The notes: generated from the sequence alone by a model not told the origin. A DNA stretch of 32,000 nucleotides from Raphidiopsis brookii D9 (GCA_000175855.1 ACYB01000047.1:30001-62000), one strand, 5' to 3'. Shown: positions 11,352 through 20,719, numbered from the stretch's first letter. Translations and numbers: made by a program.

Positions 11352-12833
11352 ATGACCAAAAGATTTTTTTTGACTGGTATCACATTATTATCACTGGTTT
11401 TATTGGGCTTATCCCTATTTGCTAGTTGGCAAAAACCCCAGTTTCAAAGTATTTTAGAACTATACCAAACCAATATTGTTCTGCAAGCCCAAACCTGGGA
11501 AGCATACAATAGCAACGATAACCAATTATCCGAAGTTCTGCAAGTAATAGTGGGCGATGGTGCTATACAGAGGGCAAATAAACAGTATGAAGAAACACGG
11601 AATTCCGTACAAGAAAGTATAGATAAAACAGTTCCAAATTCTATTCAGAAGACCTCAAAAACTAGACTGGAAGAATTATTTAAGTTGCGGGACGAATTAA
11701 ATCTACAACTGGGAATATTACAAGCAAAACAGAGCAATATTGAAACTGCTATCAGCACTTGGAATCAAATCCAACCTAGCGAAAGAAGAGAACTTACCAA
11801 AACCGCTCAAGTGCTTATTGGAATATGGAATACCCCTCCTAGATTACTCCCCAATGCTCAACCCCTGATCCAAAAAAATTTGACAGGTTGGTTTCGCTAT
11901 ACTGCCTTAACCCAGTTATATGAAGTTCAGCAACGTCTTGATGCTTTGACAGATCTTCAAGCTGGACAGGAAGAAGTCGCAAAGGAAGCAATATTTAAAC
12001 TAGCTATAATCACCGTGGTCCCTGGATCCATATCTTTGATTGGCATTATACTACTGGTATCCCTGATTATTCAGCGTCTCATCAAAGGTAGGGAATCAAT
12101 CTTAGCTCAAAATGCCCAAAGGGTATGGTTAACTCCCTGGAATTTGGAAATAGTCCTTCAAGTGTTTATCGTGGGATTTTTCCTCATGGGACAAGTATTT
12201 GTACCCACAATACTCCAACTATTACCTATTTCTCCCTATTCAGAAAACTTGCAAATTCAGGCTTTTTCTGTTTTGATTAGTTACATACTAGTATCCTTTG
12301 GCGCAATATTAGTTTTATATAGTTCCATTAAGCGTTATTTACCCTTACCGGAAGAGTGGTTTAAGTTCCGCTTGTTCGATAATTGGTTGTTATGGGGAAT
12401 AGGTGGGTACTGTGCAGCAGTACCCATAGTGATTATAGTATCATTGATAAATCAAATTTTGTGGAAGGGAGAAGGTGGAAGTAATCCGCTCTTACAAATG
12501 GCATTGGAAAACAGGGATGGTGTAGCTTTAGGAATATTTTTCTTCACCGCTGCGATCGCAGCACCCCTGTTTGAGGAATTTTTGTTTCGTGGGTTCTTAT
12601 TGCCATCCCTTACTCCCCATTTACCAGTTTCGTGGGCAATAGTAGTTAGTAGTTTTATATTTGCCATTGCCCACCTGAGTTTATCTGAAATGCTCCCACT
12701 GACAGTGTTGGGTATGGTTTTAGGTGTAGTTTATACCCGGTCTCGCAACCTTTTGTCTCCTATGCTTCTCCATGGATTATGGAACAGTGGTACTTTGGTC
12801 AGTTTATTCATTTTGGGTGGTAGTAATAATTAG
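11352..12833 (+). CDS. CPBP-family (CAAX/Abi) intramembrane glutamic endopeptidase with a long N-terminal soluble/coiled region
   Basis: 493-aa ORF with an N-terminal TM helix, a ~200-aa helical region, then a polytopic domain carrying the CPBP motifs EEFLFRG, FAIAHL and HGLWN. Confidence 0.8.
   Translation: MTKRFFLTGITLLSLVLLGLSLFASWQKPQFQSILELYQTNIVLQAQTWEAYNSNDNQLSEVLQVIVGDGAIQRANKQYEETRNSVQESIDKTVPNSIQKTSKTRLEELFKLRDELNLQLGILQAKQSNIETAISTWNQIQPSERRELTKTAQVLIGIWNTPPRLLPNAQPLIQKNLTGWFRYTALTQLYEVQQRLDALTDLQAGQEEVAKEAIFKLAIITVVPGSISLIGIILLVSLIIQRLIKGRESILAQNAQRVWLTPWNLEIVLQVFIVGFFLMGQVFVPTILQLLPISPYSENLQIQAFSVLISYILVSFGAILVLYSSIKRYLPLPEEWFKFRLFDNWLLWGIGGYCAAVPIVIIVSLINQILWKGEGGSNPLLQMALENRDGVALGIFFFTAAIAAPLFEEFLFRGFLLPSLTPHLPVSWAIVVSSFIFAIAHLSLSEMLPLTVLGMVLGVVYTRSRNLLSPMLLHGLWNSGTLVSLFILGGSNN
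12552..12559. repeat. HIP1 octamer
   Basis: Perfect GCGATCGC. Confidence 0.95.
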
Positions 12834-12896
12834 GGGCGCATAACAATACACGCCAACCTAGGTTCTATGAGCTTTGCTCCAAGGATTTCTATTCCG

Positions 12897-13094
12897 TTAA
12901 TAGGCTAAGGTTTCTAAAGTTTCTCTTAAATACTTTTGCACTTGCTGGTCTAATCGCAAGCCTGTTAGCTTTGACTTGCTTTCTAGTTGCCAGCGTTGAA
13001 AACCAGAGGTAGCAGAGATGGCATATTTTAGGTTTTGCCAAACTTGATCGTCATCAGCAAGATTTGGACTGTTAGGTGGCGAAATACGAATCAT
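12897..13094 (-). CDS. small hypothetical protein (65 aa)
   Basis: An intact ORF not overlapping other genes, with AGGAG (13113-13109) 14 nt upstream of the ATG. The sequence is non-repetitive and protein-like (…QVWQNLKYAISATSGFQRWQLE…YLRETLETLAY). I do not recognise the family. Confidence 0.45.
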   Translation of the reverse strand: MIRISPPNSPNLADDDQVWQNLKYAISATSGFQRWQLESKSKLTGLRLDQQVQKYLRETLETLAY

Positions 13095-13321
13095 AGTTTA
13101 TCACTCTTCTCCTGAAACTTATATGTACGGTGTTTAGCTTTTTGTAGTCTACCTAGGGTGGAGTAGGATTTAACTAGTATGGGATTGCCAAAAGATAATG
13201 AGGGCAAGAATTTTATTTAATCTTTTCTCAAGATAACCTTTTCCCTCCATTAAATTCTGTGTAACGGATCACTAAAACTCAGAATATGTCGGATACTTAA
13301 CATAGGAATAATAAGCAGGTA

Positions 13322-13341
13322 AGTGCCTGGTTACAGGCACT
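13322..13341 (-). terminator. hairpin 14 nt downstream of the infB stop (weak terminator candidate)
   Basis: agtgcctg (13322-13329) and caggcact (13334-13341) form a perfect 8-bp stem with a 4-nt loop. The downstream minus-strand tail TACCTGCTTATTATT is only moderately U-rich. Confidence 0.4.
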
Positions 13342-13354
13342 CTAACCGCAAGGC

Positions 13355-16300
13355 CTACTTAGTTAAGGTGAGGGTACGACGTTTAGTTACCATTTGATAA
13401 GCCTCGATTATATCACCTTCGATCCAATCATGAAACTTTTCAATACCAATACCACATTCGTAACCAGAGTTTACCTCTCGAACATCTTCTTTCATGCGTT
13501 TAAGAGAGTCTAGAACTCCTTCATAGATGACCTTACTATGGCGACGAATTCTTACCTTACAATTACGCAGCAGTTTTCCAGATTGAACATAACAACCAGC
13601 AACCGCACCGCGTCCCACGGGGAAAACAGCACGCACTTCCGTTTGTCCGAGGGTTTCTTCCACCAGCTCAGGTTCTAGCAGACCTTCCAGGGCTCCTTGG
13701 ATATCTTCCAATAGTTTGTAGATGATATTGTATTCTCTTACATCTACACCTGCTTCATCAGCTGCTTGTCTGGCACCACTAGCATAAGTAGTGTTAAAAC
13801 CAATAATTACCGCATTACTAGCCGCAGCTAGGTCAATATCAGTCTCTGTGATTTCCCCTGCTGTAGCCAACAACAGACGAATTTGTACTTCATTTTGAGG
13901 TATTTGCTTGAGGGAGCCAATAATCGCTTCCACAGAACCCTGAACATCCCCCTTGAGAATTAAGTTCAGTTCCTTCAACTCACCCTCTTGAGCTTGAGCA
14001 GATAAGGTTGTGAGAGTAACCCTACCTTGTAGTAATCGGGACTGACGTTGCTTGTCTGCACGTTCACCGGCGATCGCTCGTGCTTCCTTCTCATTTTCAA
14101 AGACTTCAAACTCATCTCCTGCAGCAGGAACATCGCTTAAGCCCAGGACTTCCACAGCGGAGGAGGGGGTAGCAGCATCTACTCTACGACCCCTGTCATC
14201 AACCATGGCTCGAACCTTACCGAATGCGGATCCTGCTACTAACATATCCCCCACATGGAGACTACCATTTTGAATTAATAAGGTAGCCACAGCTCCCTTA
14301 GCCTTATCCAAATGAGCTTCAATCACCGTTCCCTTAGCAGCGCGATTGGGATTAGCGGAAAGTTCAGCCACCTCTGCTACCAGTAAAACCATTTCCAGTA
14401 GGGTGTCCAAGTTTTCACCCTTAATGGCGCTAACAGGAACCATAATTGTTTCCCCACCCCAGTCTTCTGCGGTTAATCCATAATTAGTCAACTCCTGTTT
14501 AACCCTTTCTGGTTGGGCACCCTCTTTATCAATCTTATTAATTGCCACAATAATAGGTACGCCAGCTGCTTGAGCGTGACTAATAGCCTCTATAGTTTGA
14601 GGGCGCACACCATCATCAGCAGCTACCACTAAGATAGCAATATCTGTTACCCTCGCCCCCCTAGCTCGCATGGCAGTAAAAGCTTCGTGACCGGGAGTAT
14701 CCAGGAAGACAATTTGTTGAGTTTTCCCCTCATGTTCCACATCTACATGGTAAGCACCGATATGCTGAGTAATACCACCAGCTTCCCCAGCAGCCACCTT
14801 AGTTTTACGGATAGAATCCAAAAGAGTAGTTTTCCCGTGATCCACATGGCCCATAATAGTTACTACGGGAGGACGACGAATCAGATGGTCCAGATCCTCA
14901 ATGTCAATCATTTCGGTGACCTTGCGGGCCTCGGCTTCAGGTTCCGCCGTTTCCACTTCTACCTCTAGTTCTTTAGCCACCAGGGTGATAGTAGGAATAT
15001 CCAGACTTTGGGTGATGCTGACCGCCATAGCCTTCATAAACAGAATTTTGACTATTTCTGTATCAGCGACTAGCAGGGCTTCTGCTAATTCTTGTACCGT
15101 CATCGGACCTGTCACAATTAGCTTGTTAGGTCGTTCTTGAACTTCAACCTCAGGTGATTGTTGGCGACGATTTTGGTCACGCTGAACACCGGGTTTTTTA
15201 TGGCGACCTGTTGGGGGAGCAACTGCCAAAGCTGGTTGTTGTGCAGCCTTGGGTGCTTTTGGTTTAGGTGGACGAGCTATAGATAAGCTAACTTGAACAC
15301 TGGCGGGAATTTCCAATCCCTGTTCATTCAGTAGATCCTCATCCTCAAAATCATCCTCCAAAATGGGTTTAACCCGTTTACTCTTAATACCAACTTTGGA
15401 TTTTTCCTTCAGCTCATCAATTATTTCCTCTTCTTGCCACTTCTTACCAGTTTTAACACTGCGTGGCGGGATTGGACGCTTTAGATCCAGTAGTGGTTGT
15501 GCTATGACCTCTTCCACCAACAGATCCTTTTTCCCTCCTCCGACCACGGGTCTTAATGAAGTGTCGGGGACACCTGTTTCTGAAGGTTTGGTTGGTCTAG
15601 TGGGGCGTTGGATATCACCCGGAGTAGATTTAGCCCCCCGATGCTCCGATCTGATTGGGGGTGGGGTGGGGCGACCTGGTTTTTGGGGTGGCGCTTGGTC
15701 CGTAGGGGATTTACTGGGTCTGGGTTTGCCATGTTCCTCCTCCCGACGCTGTTGACGCTCCCGTTTGAGGATGGGTTTTTCTGCTGTGGATGGGGGTTGT
15801 TCGGTGTCCGAAGTTTTTTCCCCTGCTGGTCTGGATGGGGGAATGACCAATTGGGTTTTTTGTGGTTTTTCCGGTCTAGGTTTGGGCGCAGGCGGTTTTT
15901 CCCCCTTAATTTTTCTGGCGCCGGAGTATTGGGCTTATGATCTGTGTCTACCACCGATTTATGTGGGTTCTCAGATTGATTCTTGGGTATGGGTCGAGTT
16001 GGTGCCGTCGGTTTCATGAGTGAGGCTGATGTAGCAAAAGTTCGTGGTTGTGATGGAAGTGTGACCGATGGGTCGGTCATATTGGCATCTTCAATGCCAT
16101 TGACACTGTCAGATGAAGCAAACTGTCCATTGGTAGCAACTGATGCCTCTAGGGCATTTGAGGTAGTGTTTTTGAATATTTTGGGTTTACGAATCTCCAA
16201 AATTTGTTGTTGACGAGGTGCAGCAGATCGGTTTCGGAAGCCAGGTTTCTGGGAATTTGGTTTATGGTTATTTATACCTAATTCTTTTTTTTGCGTCATT

Positions 16301-16476
16301 CTCGCTGCTGTCAGCTTTTGTGACACTTCGCGAATTTGTGTTGCTTCTGTTTCAGAAATTGTGCTGCTGTGGCTTTTGACCGCGATGTTGAGCTGGTCGC
16401 AAATTGCTAAGAGCTCCTTGTTATCCAAATTCAATTCCTTTGATAATTCGTAGATTCTAACTTTGCCGTTGTTCAT
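13355..16476 (-). pseudogene. infB: translation initiation factor IF-2, interrupted by a single frameshift as sequenced
   Basis: There are two overlapping ORFs. ORF 15553..16476 carries the IF-2 N-terminus ([39 protein letters not shown]). ORF 13355..15850 carries the linker, G domain ([25 protein letters not shown]) and C-terminal domains. The frames can be joined by adding 1 nt inside 15896-15914, giving a protein of about 1040 aa. Confidence 0.9.
14070..14077. repeat. HIP1 octamer
   Basis: Perfect GCGATCGC. Confidence 0.95.
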
Positions 16477-16901
16477 CCACTCTTTCCCCTTTAATTTACA
16501 GTTTTAACGGACGGTTGCCTGGTTTTCGACATCTCCATCCTTTGATCACTGTTTTTTAGGTTGCCCTTGGTGATGTTGTCGGTACCTCCAAATAGTTAGG
16601 AAAGAGAGATGTTCCGGGTTCATACTGACATCCCCACCAGTAATGATGGTTGAGCCGAACTGCCCTTTGACGCTACCAGGTTGCCATGGTTTAGGTTTTG
16701 GTTTTGCTGATTCTGAGTTTTCCACAACAAAGTCGAGTAAAACTTATTAAGGTTTTCCGGGCGTTTAGGCTTCGCGGAGTCCCCACTTACCATATCGAAT
16801 GTTCCATATAATTCTAGCAACTGAATGCTATCCTTTTTGGGGATAACATCTGTGGGTAGCTGGAAGATAACTAACACCAAGATTTTCCCTTTGTTTTTTG
16901 G

Positions 16902-17171
16902 TCAACCCTGGTTGTGGTTATTTTCCTGACCGAGTCTTTGCCACAATGTTTCATAGACTGTTTCTGGAACCGTTCCCTTTAAGGAGCGTACTAGCTTATT
17001 TTTTTTCTGTGCCTTATGCAAGCATTCAGCTTGCGGACAAATATAAGCAGAACGCCCCATGCCCTGATCCAATTCTACCTTGCCAGATGGAAACAGACGA
17101 ATAATCCTCCAAAACTCTGTCTTTCTTCCTACCCGACGACAGCTAATGCACCGCCGATAGTTTGGTTTCAT
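16902..17171 (-). CDS. ylxR: YlxR/RnpM-family (DUF448) RNA-binding protein
   Basis: 89-aa ORF with the family signature RRCISCR...K.EFWRI and GRSAYICP. It sits in the canonical position between nusA and infB. Confidence 0.85.
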   Translation of the reverse strand: MKPNYRRCISCRRVGRKTEFWRIIRLFPSGKVELDQGMGRSAYICPQAECLHKAQKKNKLVRSLKGTVPETVYETLWQRLGQENNHNQG

Positions 17172-17183
17172 TTGCTATGTCCT

Positions 17184-18458
17184 TTAATTTTCTTCCTCCA
17201 TTGAGTTAAAGTCATCTTCCCCTTCGTCTGGATCACGCTCATATTCTTCCTCTATAACTTCAAATTGATTACTCTCCTCCTGATAGTTGGCTCTGACTGC
17301 TGCGAATTTGGCATCCTCCGCTCCATAATCATATTTGGCCTGGTCTTTAATATCTATTTTCCACCCGGTTAACCGTGCAGCTAATCTCACGTTTTGACCT
17401 TCTTTGCCAATGGCTAAACTCAGCTGATCTTCAGCTACTAAAACGTGGGTCTGGCGACTTTCAGGATCCATTAAGCGTACCTCATCTACCCTGGCAGGAC
17501 TCAACGCGTTAGCAATATAGGTGGCTGGATCCGGGGACCAGCGAATTACATCTATTTTTTCACCGCGCAATTCGTTAACTACTACTTGAATTCTTGATCC
17601 CCTAGCTCCAATGCAGGCCCCTACCGGATCCACATCCCGATCTAAAGTATCTACTGCTATTTTAGTCCTCGGACCAACATAACGGGAAGGAGGATTAGCC
17701 TCCCGAGCTACTGCTACTATTCGCACTACCTCATCCTCTATTTCTGGCACCTCGTTGGCGAATAAGTAAACTACTAATCCTGCATCCGCACGAGATACTA
17801 GTAATTGTGGCCCTCTTTGTTGTCCCTGAGAAACTTTTTTTAAGTATACTTTGAATGTTGCATTAGATCTATAAGTGTCATTTGGCAATTGTTCCCTTTT
17901 TGGTAGCTCTGCCTCCACTTCTGGCTGCCCAAAACTACTACTAACTGCTAATATTACAGACTGTCTTTCAAACCTTAAAACTCTTGCTTGTAAAACCGTA
18001 CCTTCTAAGTCTTGAAATTCTTCCTGCACCATTTGACGCTGCTGATCCCGCAGCTTTTGCGCTAAAACTTGTTTGGTTTGCATAGCTGCCATGCGTCCAA
18101 ACTCCCCTTGATCCGGTGTAACATCTAAGACTACTGAATCCCCAGATTGGGCTTCAGGCGCTACCTGTTGTACTTCATCTAGGGAAATTTGATGATCAGA
18201 ATTAGTAACTTCTTCTACTATTATTTTGGTAGAAAGAACTCGAAATCCCTCCCCGTCAATATCTAGTTCTACCTCGAAGTTATCAAAATAATTTTCGTCA
18301 AATTGTCTGCGCTCTAAATTCTGGGCGCGGCGGTAGCGTTCATAACCTTTAAGTAGTGCCTCTCTAATGGATGATTGTACTGCTAAACGGGGTAAATTTC
18401 GCTCTAGGCTAATTTTTTCAATTAAATCTTTTAATCCGGGTAAAGTAACCATTGACAT
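17184..18458 (-). CDS. nusA: transcription termination/antitermination factor NusA
   Basis: 424-aa ORF with an N-terminal RNAP-binding domain, S1 and two KH domains (GACIGARGSRIQ, LAIGKEGQNVRLAARLTGWKIDI) and an acidic tail. AAGGAG lies upstream of the ATG. Confidence 0.95.
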   Translation of the reverse strand: MSMVTLPGLKDLIEKISLERNLPRLAVQSSIREALLKGYERYRRAQNLERRQFDENYFDNFEVELDIDGEGFRVLSTKIIVEEVTNSDHQISLDEVQQVAPEAQSGDSVVLDVTPDQGEFGRMAAMQTKQVLAQKLRDQQRQMVQEEFQDLEGTVLQARVLRFERQSVILAVSSSFGQPEVEAELPKREQLPNDTYRSNATFKVYLKKVSQGQQRGPQLLVSRADAGLVVYLFANEVPEIEDEVVRIVAVAREANPPSRYVGPRTKIAVDTLDRDVDPVGACIGARGSRIQVVVNELRGEKIDVIRWSPDPATYIANALSPARVDEVRLMDPESRQTHVLVAEDQLSLAIGKEGQNVRLAARLTGWKIDIKDQAKYDYGAEDAKFAAVRANYQEESNQFEVIEEEYERDPDEGEDDFNSMEEEN

Positions 18459-18680
18459 AAGCAGTCTCCTTAATCCTTAGTTTTTATCCGTGCAACTGCT
18501 GCAATTTTGCACTGTTTATGTTGCCAATTTTTAGGTGAGGAATTTTTGGGAAAATCATTGACCAATTTTATAGCTTTGGCGAGAACACTTAAAACAGCGT
18601 TATGGCGTGACTGCTGGATAGATGTTCTAGATTGCTATATCTCCATATTTTCTCAATCACATAAAAAAATCTCAATTTCA

Positions 18681-19142
18681 TTAGGGGTGATCATCTAATT
18701 GCACCTTGGTAACCAGGGATCTGAGAATTCCTACTACACGACCCTTTTGGTTTAAGTAAATTTTTGTTTCATCTCGACGAATCAACTGACCTTTCCATTC
18801 TTTTTCTCCATCATCGGGATCGCAGGTAGATACAACTACAGGAAATCCTTTAAAAGAAATAAATTCCCTGTCGGTTTCCAATTGCCGCGAAATCCCTGGA
18901 CTAGATACTTCTAAAACATAAGTGTCTGGAATAATCCCGGCTGCGTCTAGGTAACTTTCTAAAGCACGGCTCATCTTTTCACAATCGTTTAGACTAGTAT
19001 CTTGTTGAGGATTGCGAATATCTACACGCAAAATGGGAGGACACTGGTTCGTATGAAAAACCATGCCAACAACCTCCAGTCCTAGTTCTGCTGCTAGTGG
19101 AGTCGCTAAGTCAATAATTTGTGGAACTAAGGGATGAGTCAT
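18681..19142 (-). CDS. rimP: ribosome maturation factor RimP
   Basis: The track ORF extends to 19172, but its first 10 codons read through a terminator T-run. The conserved start is the ATG at 19142 ([26 protein letters not shown]...[12 protein letters not shown]). Confidence 0.9.
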   Translation of the reverse strand: MTHPLVPQIIDLATPLAAELGLEVVGMVFHTNQCPPILRVDIRNPQQDTSLNDCEKMSRALESYLDAAGIIPDTYVLEVSSPGISRQLETDREFISFKGFPVVVSTCDPDDGEKEWKGQLIRRDETKIYLNQKGRVVGILRSLVTKVQLDDHP

Positions 19143-19155
19143 GCGATAATTCAAT

Positions 19156-19182
19156 AAAAAAAAAGTGGGCACCCACCCACTT
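19156..19182 (-). terminator. strong intrinsic terminator immediately upstream of rimP (leader terminator / attenuator candidate)
   Basis: The minus strand reads AAGTGGG-TGGGTG-CCCACTT followed by T7 more (T9 in total, 19164-19156). The run ends 13 nt before the rimP ATG and lies 143 nt after the stop of the upstream gene. Confidence 0.75.
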
Positions 19183-19324
19183 CCGGCGATAGGGATATCT
19201 TCCCAGAAGTCTGAGTCGAACTTTTTCAGATTCGTCTCTCCTGCTAGTGTAATCTATTTTTTTGCTGTTGACACTCCGCTACCAATTAACTGGCAAGAAA
19301 AACTCTCCGATCGCCTGATTGGGA

Positions 19325-20719
19325 TCACAATGCTCTAGATCTCATTTCTCTCGTCTGCTCTATAATTTGCTCTATGTCTTCTTGAGACAGTCGCTGCACG
19401 TAGTTAATTTTTACCTCTTCTAAAAGGTCATTTAGCAAACTTTGGAGTTCTACTAGTATATGTTTTGTCTGTATTTCTCCTGATAGTGTAGTTGTAAACT
19501 TAGCGATTAAATCCTTAGAAAGCTGGGCAGTTAGGGGATCTTTACTGACTTTAGTCATTATTGAATAAAGGTTTTTGCTAATTTGATCAGCTATCTCTCC
19601 ACTGAGTTTATTTTGTACCTGGCTTAATCCTGGCAGCTGTAACAGGTTACCATAAATTGGCACTTGTGTTAAAGCTCCTCCTATACTACGACTCAAAATG
19701 GCATTGATTTCTGGTTGAACTTTAGGCATAACACTATCAATTAAAATACGTATTAATATTCCTGATATTGCCTCCAGTTCATTAATATTATTAATGTCTA
19801 TATATTCACGTTTATTTTGGTTAGGGGTAACCCAACGAGTAATATCACTATGTTTAATCGATAACTGAATTTGATTAATTACCCGCACCACAACAATTTC
19901 CGTGATTTCCTCGGCAAAGTTAGCGACTATACCTTGATGAATTTGTTTTCTTACCAAATATAAATTTACAAGATTTGATTGGTCTAGACGTATAACTACT
20001 GGTACAATACGTAGCCAGCGCCAAAGGGGAAATAACAGAAATAGATCATACCAACGCCATAAAATTGCCTCTAACCAACTAAGATGGGAGTTTTGACGCT
20101 TAATATAAAAAGCCCGCCATAACAGTTCCAACCCAAATACAGCTACAAATGGTAAATCAATTAACCAAAAATTATTGATTAACTCCCCATTTTCCCCAAT
20201 TCTCCGGTAGTAATTACTAGCAATACTAGGGAGAATTTGCCGATTAAAAAAGTCAATTTCTTCTACCCATCGTCCCTGGGATAAATATTCCGGACTCCAG
20301 AAAATTGTAAAAGCGCCCTTGGATGACTCCTGACCTACTCTTTCCCGCATGCGGTTTTTAATTTTTTCTAGGGTTCCACTTTTCCCAGCTCCCGCAAAGG
20401 GGTTACTATCAATCATATCCATGCTCAGACGGCGAATTTCTGCTAGTTTAGTTTTTACAGCAGGGGAACCTAAACCACTTTCACTCACCTGGACTTGTAA
20501 ACTGGCTATATTATTTAAATAGTTCACCGTATCTCGATGAGGTTCAATACCTTTAATCGGATCATAGATGCGACTAAGTTGAGGTAAATTGCGAAAGTAA
20601 AAATCTCGCCAGGGTACGTAACTCCAGTCAAACATCACCAGACCCAAATTAAGGGTAGCAGTGATTGCCATCAACCTTTCTAACCATAGATGTTGTTTGG
20701 AAATTCTCAACTTACTCAT
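19325..20719 (-). CDS. conserved hypothetical polytopic membrane protein (464 aa)
   Basis: A long intact ORF with several hydrophobic helices, e.g. FWLIDLPFVAVFGLELLW and WYDLFLLFPLWRWLRIVPVVIRL. The C-terminal half is soluble and helical. I do not recognise a named family. Confidence 0.6.
   Translation of the reverse strand: MSKLRISKQHLWLERLMAITATLNLGLVMFDWSYVPWRDFYFRNLPQLSRIYDPIKGIEPHRDTVNYLNNIASLQVQVSESGLGSPAVKTKLAEIRRLSMDMIDSNPFAGAGKSGTLEKIKNRMRERVGQESSKGAFTIFWSPEYLSQGRWVEEIDFFNRQILPSIASNYYRRIGENGELINNFWLIDLPFVAVFGLELLWRAFYIKRQNSHLSWLEAILWRWYDLFLLFPLWRWLRIVPVVIRLDQSNLVNLYLVRKQIHQGIVANFAEEITEIVVVRVINQIQLSIKHSDITRWVTPNQNKREYIDINNINELEAISGILIRILIDSVMPKVQPEINAILSRSIGGALTQVPIYGNLLQLPGLSQVQNKLSGEIADQISKNLYSIMTKVSKDPLTAQLSKDLIAKFTTTLSGEIQTKHILVELQSLLNDLLEEVKINYVQRLSQEDIEQIIEQTREMRSRAL

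Noticed and set aside
15896-15918. Programmed -1 ribosomal frameshifting as the explanation for the infB split.
   Set aside because: There is no X_XXY_YYZ slippery heptamer in the upstream frame, and I could not see an obvious downstream stimulatory structure. A simple 1-nt indel in one of three adjacent 5-nt runs explains it.
14052-16213. A string of + strand ORFs (14052..14273, 14687..14968, 14901..15140, 15363..15755, 15608..15940, 15765..16019, 15983..16213) opposite infB.
   Set aside because: All are antisense to a strongly supported gene. They have odd Gly/Trp/Ser/Arg-rich low-complexity products, as expected from the complement of Pro/Lys-rich coding sequence, and no start context. 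They are spurious.
19183-19230. A T-loop-like GTTCGACTC motif in the rimP leader (minus strand). It suggested a tRNA, by analogy with metY upstream of E. coli rimP.
   Set aside because: I could not fold acceptor, D and anticodon arms around it. It forms only a local TCTGA...TCAGA hairpin.
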